Source of the DNA: Octopus vulgaris
Taxonomy: Eukaryota
DNA length: 64,000 nucleotides
Assembly (NCBI GenBank): GCA_951406725.2
Contig: OX597814.1
Span: 49,228,001 to 49,292,000 of the forward strand
Direction of reading: 5' to 3'
Position numbers and translations under genes: made by a program. Below the pieces are notes generated by a model. The model had not been told where the DNA came from. It ran no database searches and was given only the letters and a program-made list of their open reading frames with translations. Numbering within the stretch: position 1 is the stretch's first letter; each line of letters starts with the position of its first letter. Below, in pieces: positions 11,237 through 23,902 of the stretch.

Positions 11237-12300
11237 TACTAGCAATGCATCCTAATGTTGCCCAAGTGTTATGACCTACAGCCACATTGTATTATTGATT
11301 CCTTTCTTATGGGCAGAATCAGCACAGCTGATATATAGTGAAGTGGATTACTGGCATAATGGAAGTTATTGTATGTTTAAAAGTGAAGGTGAATGGGGTA
11401 CAGTTTGCATGGATTTGCATCACAAACTATGTATCGTTTCATTGTATAAAAGTAGATTAATACAATCAAATCGTGTTTTCAAAATTTTAATTTTCCCCCG
11501 TCATGTCTAACTTTTTCAGTTTTGATTTTTTATCCATATAGAAAAAATACAGAGATTACGAACCTGGGAAATATATATTTTTTTTTTAAAGTTTAATTTT
11601 TATTAAAGAAACACTCATTGCTCCTTCCTCCACCTCACCCACCCATCACCCACCTGCTTTCAAAGAGCTAAAACCTCCCAATGTTTCACTTTCATCTGAT
11701 GTTTCATGCATGTATAGAATTGTACTGAAATAACAGATGTAAAAATACCAAACCACCACCAGAAAACCCAACATGCTAGAAACAACAGGTAAATGACATT
11801 ATTTCTAAAAAAACTTCCCTGCTTTCCAGAAAGCTAAAAGTGAAACATTGGGAGTTTGTAACTTTTTGAAAGTGGTGAGATGATGGGTGGATGTTTGGGA
11901 AGGAGATTTTAGTGTTTCTTTAAGAAAAAAGGAAGAAGAAAATTCTTAAAAATTCATACTCTCTGTTTTGTTTTTGTTTTTTTTCTGTGGATTACCAAGA
12001 AAGAAATGAAGAAATTGGGGTGAGGAGGAAGAAAATTCAAATATTGAGAATGCATTTTTTGAGCAAAATCCTAATCTCCTGTATTGAAAACATAGGAATC
12101 GGAAGAAATTTAGGGAAAGAATAAGGTGGGTGTGCAAATGTCACCTCGGACATGCTAGAAACAACAGGTAAAGGACAGGATTTCTGGGAAAACTTCCTTT
12201 TAAGTTTGTATCAAAGATCAGGTTTTTGAAATATGCTCATCACAAACACAAATTACAGAATAGAAAAAGGTGATTTCAATTGGATTTCAGCTGTAATTCT
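11237..12300. mobile_element. Degraded composite repeat, possibly Helitron/Helentron-related
   Basis: TACTAGCA terminus next to a TA tract; inverted arms 11603-11692 / 11837-11923; direct repeat acatgctagaaacaacaggtaaa at 11771 and 12150. Confidence 0.4.
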
Positions 12301-12543
12301 GTGTGTGTGTGTGTGTGTGTGTATGTGTGTGCATGCATGCGTGTGTGTGTGCCAAAGGAAATTATTTTATGGCATTCTTTTGCTTGAATAAGCAAAGTTG
12401 TCAACTCAGTCATATGGTCGATTATATGGGATCATATGATTGTTCGTTAATTTTCATAAAAATTTTTTATTTCTTTATGCTTCGAAGAGAAGAGAAAGTA
12501 AAAAGGCAACATTTGCTTTGAAGTGAGAGCAGAAAATGAAAGA

Positions 12544-12578
<35 letters not shown>

Positions 12579-13405
12579 AGAGTGAAGGTGTCATGTATGT
12601 GTAAGTGGTACTCACTCGCTCTCTCTCTCTCTCTCTTTCCCACACACACATTATCTTTCATACACGCATACATAAATGCATATGCATACATCATTTTTTG
12701 TATGTATGTGTGCATGTGAGAGAGAGAGAGTGAGTGACTGTATTTCCTCATAACATACAGAGAAATGGATGTCTTAATGAATTTTTTTTGGTTGTGTCTT
12801 CTATACAATATTTATGCGTGCATTTTCATAAATGTTTGTCTGAGTAGAATTCTATGCATGCATGGAACATCAGATGACAGTGAAACATTAGAAGCAAATT
12901 GAAATATTGACCAAAAAGGACTTCAAAATTGTGCAATCCGACCCATGTTTCTGAGGTTATTTTAGTAGTAGAAAAGAGTTGTTGTGCCAAAAACATAATT
13001 TACTTGGTAGCCTTTATATATATAAATAGATGATAAGCAGCTTTCTTCATTATAGTACAGATGTGACTAATTCAGAGAAACATTACTTTTATTATTTACA
13101 CATCGTTACTCTCGTAATGCAACACTTTGTAATTTTGATTCAGATTGGAAGTGTGAAACCTGGTCATTGAAAGTGTGAAACCTGTTCGTTGTAGAGCAGT
13201 GTCTTTCAAATAACTATAGCTGGTTGCTGTGATAATGCAGGAAATATGTAAATGAAAATAAAGTTTATTTGGTAGCTGAAAGATTATTGAATCTTCTGAC
13301 ACCCCATATGTCAAAATCGGCAACTCAGTTTTCGAATGCATATGGAACATATGTACACAATACACACAAACTCTCTTTTATATTTATATTTATAGTTATA
13401 TATAT

Positions 13406-13725
13406 ATACACAACTATGAGAGAGAATCCACTTTGTGGACGCCCTTACGCTAGATATAGATCCGCAAAGGGACTCAACCACTAAGAATTGTTCTCAAGAA
13501 ATAATTCAGCAAGCCAATAATTATTTCTTGAGAACAATTCTTAGTGGTTGAGTCCCTTTGCGGATCTATATCTAGCGTAAGAGCGTCCACATGGTGGATT
13601 CTCTCTCATAGTTGTGTATTAATAATATTTACTGAATCTCAGTCTTTATACACTGGGCCACTGGTTTTTAAATTGATGTTATTAAATTAATATCCAATTT
13701 TTTCACCCTCTTTTTGACATTATAT
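13406..13725. mobile_element. Fold-back insertion in TA tract, Penelope-like architecture
   Basis: 101-bp inverted arms 13406-13506 / 13519-13619, 12-nt loop, then about 100 bp of unique tail ending in TATATAT. Confidence 0.6.
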
Positions 13726-13727
13726 AT

Positions 13728-13986
13728 CATCATCATCATCATCATCATCATCGTTTAGCATCCGCTTTCCATGCTAGCATGGGTTGGACGGTTCAACTGG
13801 GGTCTGGGAAGCCAGAAGGCTGCACCAGGTCCAGTCTGATCTGGCAATGTTTCTACGGCTGGATGCCCTTCCTAACGCCAACCACTCCATGAGTGTAGAG
13901 GGTGCTTTTTACGTGCCAGACGAGTCTGGCAAACGGCCACGATCGGATGGTGCTTTTTATGTGCCACCTGCACAAGGGCCAGGCAA
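13728..13986 (-). mobile_element. RTE LINE 3' UTR fragment with (GAT)n tail
   Basis: Same sequence as the 3' end of the RT-bearing copy at 47848-48809. Confidence 0.88.
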
Positions 13987-14096
13987 TATATATATATATA
14001 TATTGGACTCTCACATCAAGGATGATGTATGAGTGTTCAGCTTTTGCCAAACGACCTGCACAAATTTCTGTAATTTAAATATAATTTTATTATCCA

Positions 14097-14310
14097 TTCT
14101 TATTTTGGCACAAGGCTAGTAATTTTGCAGGGAGGAGTAAGTCAGTTATATTGACCCCACCCAGTGCTTAACTAGTACTTCCTTTATCAACTCTGAAAGG
14201 ATGAAAGGCAAAGCTGACTTCAATGGAATTTGAACTAAGAACATAAACACAGATAAAATGCTTAGTGGCATTTTGTCCAGCATGCTAATGACTCTGCCGG
14301 CTCACTGGCT
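14097..14310 (-). mobile_element. SINE family B
   Basis: Family similarity. Confidence 0.82.
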
Positions 14311-15659
14311 TAAACAGAGTTATGATAATGAGTTTAATGTATGCAGTGCTTAAATGTACAACTCACCAGGAAAGGGTAAAAGAGGGGACAGAAAGCAGCT
14401 AAGTAAAGAAAGATAACAATGAAAGCTAAAAGTGCATGCACAGTACACAGAATAACACACAAAAAAGATTGAAAAGAGAACAGTAAATGAGCCATAAAGA
14501 GAAAAGGGTACTGGAATAGTGTTGGCAAATTTCAAGAAGCATGGAACTTTTGAAGGAAGTAGTGTCTTGACAGTTACCAGCCAATGTGAATAGTTTATTT
14601 GATGCCTCAACAATCCTAAGCATGAAAGAATATTTCCTAAAGTTTTAGGATTTGCTGTTATTTTGATTTTTCTAAGCCTGTTCATGAGTGGTAAAGATGT
14701 TGAATTCAAAATGTGGGCAAAGTTATTATTGAAAAGATAATAGATAATCTTGTGAGTCTTTACAAAGTCAGCTGCTAGATGTCTAAATGCAAAATTAAAT
14801 AAATATAAAATGGTGTTTCTAAAACTTGTAAATAAATTTAGATCAACAAAATAATATTTTAGAATAATTATTTTTCATTCAAATATTCTACTTCTTTCAC
14901 AGTGCTCTATTTAGTCCTTCAAAAGGCTGCTGGATTTTCACTTCTGGCCTGGGGTATAATTTAACTGCCAATTCAAAAATATGATTTAATTTTGAATTCT
15001 TGTATTACAGAAGCTGACTTAGCTGTCTAGTTGGACCAGTTCATGTTTTGTACCAATTTAGAAAATATGCAAAGCCTCTGTGTGTGTATGTGTGTGTATG
15101 TGTGTGTAGTAGAAAAATGTAAGACCACTGAAATTTGAGAAATTTTTACACCAGTGTAGTTAGTTGTACATAATGTAAGTAAAGTTTACTGTAATATATA
15201 CTAATCCAGTTTACAAATGGATAAACACAAATCAGTGGCAAAATCTGTATTCAGATGAAGATGTTATTCTATACAAGTTGACTAAATATTAAGGGGAACA
15301 GATGCTATAAGCAGTGTTTTGTTGATGTAACTATCAAGTAAAAGTGAAGTTTACCACTTGAAATTTTTGGATGAACTAAAATTGTTAGCAAGGAAATTTT
15401 TATGAAGAATAACATTGGTTATTCTATATACATTTTACTGGAAATGTCTTGTTACTTAATGTTGTTTTAAAATGGTTTTTAGTTGGGTTTCTTATAAGTT
15501 TGCTATAACTATTATTAACTATTGTAGAATAACAAGGGTATAATGAATTATAATAGTTTTAACAAATCTTAATTTGACTTGATTTAAGTTTCAATTTGTG
15601 TGCAAATAATGTTTGAATTAGTATAGAAACAATATTGTAACAGGTCTCCTTAGAAGAGA

Positions 15660-16135
15660 TGTTAGTAAAAAAGGCCATACTCACTATCTCCAATTCAGAT
15701 TTCATGCTTATCTTCACCTATGGTCATGGATGTTGAGTAATGGCCAAAAGATTATGATTGCAAAGACATGCAGCTGAAATAGGGTTCCTCAACAGGGTAC
15801 ATGACTCAGAGATCAAACAGAGCCAGTGCTTCTCTGCATTGAGAGATCATAGCTTCAGTACTATGGACATGTGATTACGATGTCATGGGAAAGAATCACA
15901 AGGCAAATTCTTCAAGCTAAGCCATCCAGCTAGAGACCTAGGTATAGATCGAGAATGAGATGGTTAGATAATATCCATAGTATCAGTTGGTCATGCTTGA
16001 GAATCCTGCCAGAAAATCTAATGATGATTGCTAATGATTATAGGACCCTATGAAGGAGATACCTGTAGTCTCTACCCCACTCCCCATGAGCCTCCCACAA
16101 ATAGATTGTAGAGAAGATGGATGGATGGATGGGTG
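15660..16135 (+). mobile_element. Degraded Expander/Rex3-like RTE 3' end
   Basis: Broken frame FTYGH..W..AAEIGFL..LCIERS.LQYYGHV..MRWLDNI and a (GATG)n tail. Confidence 0.7.
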
Positions 16136-16791
16136 GGTGGGTTATGGCCCTATCAGTCTTTTTGTGAAAGTTTGTGTTTATCACATATTGTAAAATATGT
16201 GGATATATGGGGTTCTTTGGTTAAGATGGCTGGTCTTAGGAAATGATTTGTTGGAAATCTTTATGCAGATAAAAGCATAAATATTAATTTCTAGTAAAAG
16301 ACAATTGACAATACATAGCAAAATCACAATGTGAAACTTAAAAGAAATATTGTTTCCTATCCTTTTTAGCTGCAAAAATATCAATCATCAGCAGGCACAT
16401 TGGCATTCTTTCATTCAATATTTCGTACTTTCTCAATGTTTAGTTGCATTTGACCTTTTGAACTCCTTAAATGTGTTTTCATTTGCTTACATTTGTTCAG
16501 GGAGCCCTCTGTAAAAAACAGTATAGCAGGAACAGTCGCCAAGATACCAGTAATTTTGATCTGAACTGGCTGTTTACTATAAAGATTGTTCTTGTAAATA
16601 ATTTCAACAATACAGTTATTTGTGAATTTGATGGATAAATATTTCATATCCAACCTTGTTGTAGATTGCCTTTTCTACCTTAGATCAAGATCAGTGTCAT
16701 AGCGTAATTAATTGTTCTGAGTCACCTGATGCATCAACATTTTAGATAATATAACCAAATGCTCAAAATTCCTCTTGGATTTAATCATTAA

Positions 16792-16994
16792 CCCTTTAGC
16801 ATATAAACTGGCCATACCTGGCCCAAATATTCTACTCGTTTTGTATTTAAAACAGCTAGATTTGGCCCCTCATACCTACCCTACAATGTCATTCTAAAAA
16901 TAAACATTGAAGCTATGTGATAGTCTATGATTAATTAAAAACAATGAGAATAAATAAGGATTACATTTGACTGAGAAATCTAATTGTTAAAGGG
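16792..16994. mobile_element. piggyBac-type MITE
   Basis: TTAA|CCCTTTAGCA ... TGTTAAAGGG|TTAA. Confidence 0.8.
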
Positions 16995-17982
16995 TTAAAT
17001 CATTTTAGTACTCCATTTCCCAACTAATCTTACCCAAACTGAAATGATAGGTAAATATGCAATAGCAGTCTTTGGCAGTTTTATCAAATGACACTTCTGT
17101 TACTGATTTACCAACCAGAGCCTGTAGTTAATAAAGCATCCTTTTTCTCTGTGGAACTCTTGCTTCCTTGAATGTATTTTGGATGATTTCTTTGATATTT
17201 TCCTCTAACATTTTGGTATGTCTCCACCCACTTATAAAGTTTTCTTCATGTTTGCAGTTAGTAAAAATTTTCTTGATTGGCATGTAACTGTTATAACATC
17301 TATATTCTTTCCCTGAAGGTATTTATTGAAGCTGTTTGTGTTTAAGATTGTTATTTTTAGCACAACCAAACCAATTAAGAAATCAAAATCACATCTGGCA
17401 TTCAATAATACACAACAATCTATATCAGGAGAAGAGGTATTGATCATTTGTCAAGTCACGGCTTTTACTTCTTCATATCTACCAGACCACTTTGTAACAC
17501 CTTGAGATTTGTCACTGTCAACCATGGTATTTTCAAAGTGTACATGTCATTTAGACTGGCCTCCAGAAAGCTGTAGATGCTTTAAGTAGTTCATGTGATA
17601 TTGCAGAGAGGTTCAGTATCAGCCATTGTATCTTATATAGCAAGATTTAGGTGCTCATAAAAATGGACACAAATGGCAAGCAGAGGACAGTCCTTTATTT
17701 TATGAATACCACTCATATTTGTTTTGCCATCAAAACATTTTTCACAATTTTATCATGCATCCAGATTATTCTCCAGCTTTCTGAGTACAATTTTGACTAA
17801 TTCATGGAGTACACTTTCTTCAGTAACAGGAGGTGTATATAGTTCAATGAAAGACACCCTGATTTTTCCTTCAGATGCACTATATCTTAGATTGATTTGA
17901 TATATATATTACAACTTGCTCAATCCTGCTGTTTCATTTAAGATAATGGAATATTCTTCCTGAACACTTTTTGCTACACTAC

Positions 17983-18410
17983 ATCATCATCATCGTTTAA
18001 TGTCCACTTTACATGCTGGCATGGATTGGACAGTTTGACCGAGGACTTGCAAGCCAGGAGGCTGCACCAGGCTCTAATCTGATCTGGCAAGGTTTCTACA
18101 GCTGGATACCCTTCCTAACATCAACCATTCCAAGAGTGTAGTGAGTGCTTTTTGCGTGCCACTGGCATGAGGGCCAGTCAGGCAGCACTGGCATCGACCA
18201 GGCTTGAATGGTGTTTTTTACATTCCACCACCACTGTTATCTGCCACACTCAAATGGTACTTTTTACATACTACCAGCATAGGTGTCAGTCAGGTGGTGC
18301 TGGCATCAACCATGACTATGATTTCACTTGACTCAACAGGTCTTCTCAAGCACAGCATATTGCCCGACAATTGAAGGGTACTTTTAAATGGGCCGGTTAT
18401 GTGACACTAC
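17983..18410 (-). mobile_element. RTE LINE 3' UTR fragment
   Basis: Diverged copy of the catcat...gctgcaccaggctc family. Confidence 0.85.
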
Positions 18411-18923
18411 CTAAAAAATAACATCAGTCATATCAATAATTTCATTTTAGACAACAGTTGAGATCCACTGTAAATGTACATCTAACTGATTTTTCAGTTT
18501 TTCTCCTAGACTAGGAATATTCATTAGAACCATGGGAGATTCATAAGTCACAATCACTTCATCAATATTTTCTTCACTTGAAATGTTTTCAAATTTGGAA
18601 GAAACAGGCTGTGTAGAGACTATAGGTACTTTTGTGCTATCCTAATAATTACTGTCATCAAAGCTGTTCTTTGCAATAGTTTGTTTGGGTTATAGAAATA
18701 ATATTTTTCTCATTATCTCACTCATTGTAAGTTACAATTTTTTTGGCAATAATGTAAAAGGCACAGTTTGACTGGCATGAATAATCTTAACCTGTTTTTC
18801 TTTGTGAGCAGGATCTTATTTTCTTGTCCTTTCTGCATATTTGATGCATTAACAATAAACCCATTTGCATGTTTGTTTTTCCCCCATGATGAAGATTTAG
18901 CATAAATAATTTGTATTTGTTCA

Positions 18924-19131
18924 TAATGCAGTGAGCTGGAAGAAACATTAGCATGCCAGGCAAAATGCTTAGCAGTATTTTGTCTCTCTTTATGTTCTGA
19001 GTTCAAATTCCTCAGAGGTCGACTTTGCCTTTCATCCTTTCAGGGTCGATAAATTAATTACCAGTTGGGGACAATCTAATTGACTGGCCCCCTCCTCCAA
19101 AATTTCAGGCCTTGTGCCTAGAGTAGAAAAG
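18924..19131 (+). mobile_element. SINE family B with TSD
   Basis: aatttgtatttgttca on both sides. Confidence 0.9.
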
Positions 19132-19775
19132 AATTTGTATTTGTTCAACAGGAACAGAACACACACAAGGGAAGCAACCCATATAGTATTAATCAACATT
19201 AATTACTATAAATATATTTTAGAGGGAGCATATTCAGATCTCCATCCACAGAAGTGTTGCAAACATTGTTATATCAAAGAATAACATAGAAAGACTGGAA
19301 AAGTTGAAGATTTTCTATAACAAACAAAAACAATAACAAGGGTGCAAGTGGAGAAAATAAGAGCATTGTGTTAATTCCTAGACTTTTGAAAAAATGAATG
19401 GGAACAAATTTAAGAAAGTTGCTTGTCAAGAATTTTGGCTGATTATTAGCTAGTTATAAATTTGTCATCATTTTATATTTATTAACCTTTTGGCGCTTTC
19501 AATTTAAAATTTTTTCTTTTTGTTTTTCTTGAATTCGGTTCCCCATGACTTGCAGCTTATGTTAAATAGTAATTAGAATTAGCAAAGGTTTGTCTACCAC
19601 TGGGCTAAATAAAAAATCAATCAACACACGACCATTTATAGAGAAAACTGAGTTAACAATATATAGTAGGTATGTCTGTATCATTTTAAACATCTCTTAG
19701 CTAAATACATTCAAACCACATGCCTGTATATATAGCAACAAATGAAAATTGAACACAATAAATAGAACAGCAGTA

Positions 19776-20443
19776 TCATCATCATCATCATCATTGTTTA
19801 ACGTCCGTTTTCCATGCTAGCATGGGTTGGACAGTTCGACCGGGGTCTGGGAGCCAGGAGGCTGCACCAGGCTCCAGTCTGATCTGGCAGTGTTTCTACA
19901 GCTGGATGCCCTTCCTAACACCAACCACTCTGAATTTAGTGGGTGCTTTTTACGTGCCATCAGCACAGGTGCCAGGGGAGGCTGGCAACGGCCACGATCG
20001 GTTGGTGCTTTTTACGTGCCACCGGTACGGAAGCCAGTCAAGGCAGCACTGGCATCGTCCACATTTGGATGGTGTTTTTTACGTGCCACCGGCACAGGTA
20101 TCACAACTACAATTTCCATTTGATTTTTATTTGATGTTGAAATACTTGACTCAATAGGTCTCCTCAAGCACCGCTGGTCGCCCTACAATCCAAGGTAAGC
20201 ACAGCAGGTCGTCCTGTGATCCAAGGTACTTTGGATGGGCTGGGTCTGCTATATGAAGCTGGTGCAGTAAACAGCCTTGAACTCACGTTATTTGCTGGTG
20301 CAGTAAATAGCCACGAACTTATGTTATTTGTTGGGTCTTTGCAATCACAGCATATCTCGGTCTGTCGTCATTGCCTCTGTGAGGCCCAACATTCGAAGGT
20401 CATGCTTAACCACCTCATCCCATGTCTTCCTGGGTCTACCTCT
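19776..20443 (-). mobile_element. RTE LINE 3' end (UTR plus last codons)
   Basis: (CAT)n tail, family 3' UTR, RGRPRKTWDEVV-encoding end. Confidence 0.9.
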
Positions 20444-21122
20444 AATAAAACAGAACTGCTAGTATTGTTCCTCATTTTGACCGAACATCATTTAATCATA
20501 GACATGCATGCACTTTCAAGCTTCAGACAATATTCTTGTTTTCAAATGCAGTGAGCTCAGTGGCAACAATCAAATACTTAACAGTGACCTATAGATCTAG
20601 TCTGCTTGATATTCCATTTTTAAATCAGTGTGTTTGATTGTACAAGAGGCAATGTGATAATCAAACCATATAGCATCTAATTTACTGTACAACTTAATTT
20701 CTATGTCTGGAGACTTTGATAACTGCAGCAAAAGCTGATAAGATATCTACTTCATTCATGTATTGTAGATGTACATTTTCTCATAATTTATTGAAAGTTT
20801 ACAACTTAGCACTGCAGAAGAGCAATTATCATACAGGTGATTTTTACTATATATCTGATAAAAATGTGCTTTTGTGGATTAGATGGTTGAGAATGTGATT
20901 TTAGAAGATCGTTGTGTTAGTGTTAAGATGTATTCTGAATAAATTCTGCTATTTGTAAAGCTTGACATTTTGTAGCAGAGCACTGGTGTTTGGGAGTGGT
21001 ATATTATGGAACTTGCTTTAGCAATCTCAGAATGATAAATAGTAAGGTTGCTCCTTGCAGGGTTTGAATTTAGAAAGCAGAGGGTTGAAATTAAATGAGG
21101 CAGTTAGTCTGAGACTCTATTG

Positions 21123-21269
21123 TTTACATCAATATAAACTTGCTATCCTTAAATTAATAATAAATGGCTTATTTATCTTAAATCTTCATCATCATCAAAT
21201 GATGATGATTATGATTTGAGATAAATTAACCATTTATTATTAAGGATAGCAAATTTATATTGGAGTAAA
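21123..21269. repeat. AT-rich palindrome centred on (CAT)n/(ATG)n
   Basis: About 70-bp imperfect inverted arms with a 3-nt loop. Confidence 0.85.
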
Positions 21270-23568
21270 AAAAAATAAGTGAACATTTTTAAATGCATTT
21301 TATGCCAATGTTGTTATCAGTGAGTAATTAATTCTACTAATAGTAGGAATAACCAGTATTATGTTCGTGTCATTCCCAAGGACATTAAATGATCTAAGAG
21401 AAGGGAAAGTCTTCTAACTAGAGAGGACAACATGGTTATTGACTCCTTTTTATTTCAACAACAAAAGCAATATTAATCATTAACTAATATTTTCTTTCTT
21501 CTGCACCCCCCACACATACTACAAGCACACACACAAACATGCTACATGCACATGCACACACACACACACGCATGCATGCACATACATGCACGTTTATTTT
21601 CAATTAGTTTTTTTAATGCTCTATGCATTAAATAAGTTAACACTAACTCCCCTAATTATTTTAACTAACTTATATAATCAACTTAGCATTAATTGCTTTA
21701 AAGAAATTTAATATTATTATTAAAATTTTAATCTAATTATTTGATGTGTTCTTAATTAATCTTCAGTTTCAAGATGTGGTGCTACATGTAACTGCGCTTC
21801 CTCTCCTCTTCAACCTTTGAACTTTTTTACTTTTCAAAAGAAATAACTGAAAAGTCATTCAAATTTGCTCATTAAAAAGTTGTTAAATTTTGTTTTTCTT
21901 TTAAACCGCTAAATTTTGGGGTTTATTTTTACCATATATCTCTTCATCTATCTATAATTAACTGTTTTATGTCAGCAGTATAGTTAGTGGGTTAGAATAC
22001 CAACCCAAAGGTCATAATTTCAAATTCAGTCACCAGCTGTATTATTCTATTTACTTTCATCTACCAACCTGAATATAGACATCATCGCTCCTCCACATCA
22101 AAGACAAGTGATGGTAATTCCAGAAAATGTCTGAATTGGCAAAATCACTGAACCTTTACCAAAATAGAAATGTTTGATGTAAAAATATTGGAAAAGAAAC
22201 TAAAAGAAAACAGTGTGTGTATGTGTCTAACTATATGCATGATATATGTATGTGTGGGTTAAAAATCAGGCTTTGCTATTAAATGTTTTGACTGACGTTT
22301 TATTTTATGATTTTAGCAAATTTATTTCAAGTACATTTTACATTTTCACAAATTCCAAACTTTTCAGACATTACAAAACTTATATATTATTATTTAAAAA
22401 ATTGACAAAAACTTATTGTTGTTTGTACAATACTTAACCAACTGAAACATTACAACATGACTTTAATATTTAGTTTTAAGTAACAATAGCCATTGCTGGG
22501 TGATTTGTTAGGATTGTCAGCTGGCTTGTAGTAGAATCAGTTACATTGATTCTGCTGTATAAAGCTTTGATAAAATCTTTTGCTGGCCCAGTCAATCTGA
22601 CCATAAGCTGTACAATAAGAGGGTACAGTTCACAGCTGTAACAAGCCAACTATCTAACTAACCAATGTTTCTTATCTAACAGTACTGATCTCAAGTCTTC
22701 CCAAGAGTGAAGATTTTTGCTTGTTGTTTCTTTGCAAGATGAGTGATGTCACTCAAACATTTAACACAGTAAAGTTTTAGATAAGTTTTGGTAAATTTTG
22801 CCTTTGAATGGATTTCAAAAACTGGTGATACACATAGAAATCTTAATTGAAAATCCTTTGGTTGGGAGAATTAAACCAGAGGGACTAGGCTAGATGTTAC
22901 TCCCTGACTGAGTTGGGAAGTTGCTGATAAAAAAAAAATTGCATTTAATAATTTGTGCTTATAATATTAGTACAATACTGTCTTCAGCTTGATGATCAAT
23001 ACTCATTGCTTCAGTGTTGATTTTAAGGTATTTTGAATTTATTTCCTTCAATGAGTAAGTGATGCAATGAACCAATGAATGAGTTTCTATACAGTTGTCC
23101 AACTTGCTGGAAAAAGAAACATCTCCTTTAAATCACATCTTATTGTATTAATTAGAAAAGGATTCATTTGATGATGTAATCTCTGGTATATTAAAAGATG
23201 AGATGGTTAAAGCCTTTGTTCATATGTCTCCTGCATCAGAATAGACAAATGGGTTAAACAACTATAATATAAGTAATACATTTGATTTATCATGAAATAA
23301 ATTAATGACGGAAAATGATAACTAGATGACTATAACTTTCACATTGGTTTGTTCTCTTACCAACAATATGATGACGATGTGGTCTTGTGATTAAGTAGCA
23401 ACTATTACTAATGCTTTCATTCATTGCTGATTGCTACAAGTTCATATCTTTCAAATGGACTTTTAAAAGTGCTATAAAAACATGACAATATTTGTTACAT
23501 TTAAAAAACCCTGAGATTTTGTCACATGTATTTGAATGTGCAGGGTATATTCATGCATGCATACACAT

Positions 23569-23608
<40 letters not shown>

Positions 23609-23751
23609 CACAACACAACACAACACGCACATACTAGCAGTATGGTCATTAGCAAAAGATGTAAATGAGCTGTAAGCCTTTTAATGTTACTTTTATTTTA
23701 GTTTACTTAACTTTTATATTTTATTCTGTGAAAATTTTGTTATAATTTCAG

Positions 23752-23902
23752 ACTGGAAACTTCATTTTTAATGGGAAAAAATATAACATTCAGCATTTAA
23801 ATCAAGGTACTAATGATCTTGACTTAACAACTCCATTCGCACATATAATATTTAAAGATAAAATCAACTGGAAATCTAACCATTCCTACTGTGAGACACA
23901 TG
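23752..23902 (+). CDS. ADAMTS exon, prodomain
   Basis: tttcag|ACT...CATG|gtaagt; [50 protein letters not shown]; phase-1 end matches next exon. Confidence 0.85.

Noticed and set aside
16665-16720. Weak resemblance to the U2 snRNA 5' end (gccttt...tagatcaag)
   Set aside because: Too short and gapped, with no downstream U2 sequence
19822-20157. Recurring peptide [21 protein letters not shown] in several ORFs
   Set aside because: Antisense translation of the RTE 3' UTR; frames break differently in each copy, so not a gene family
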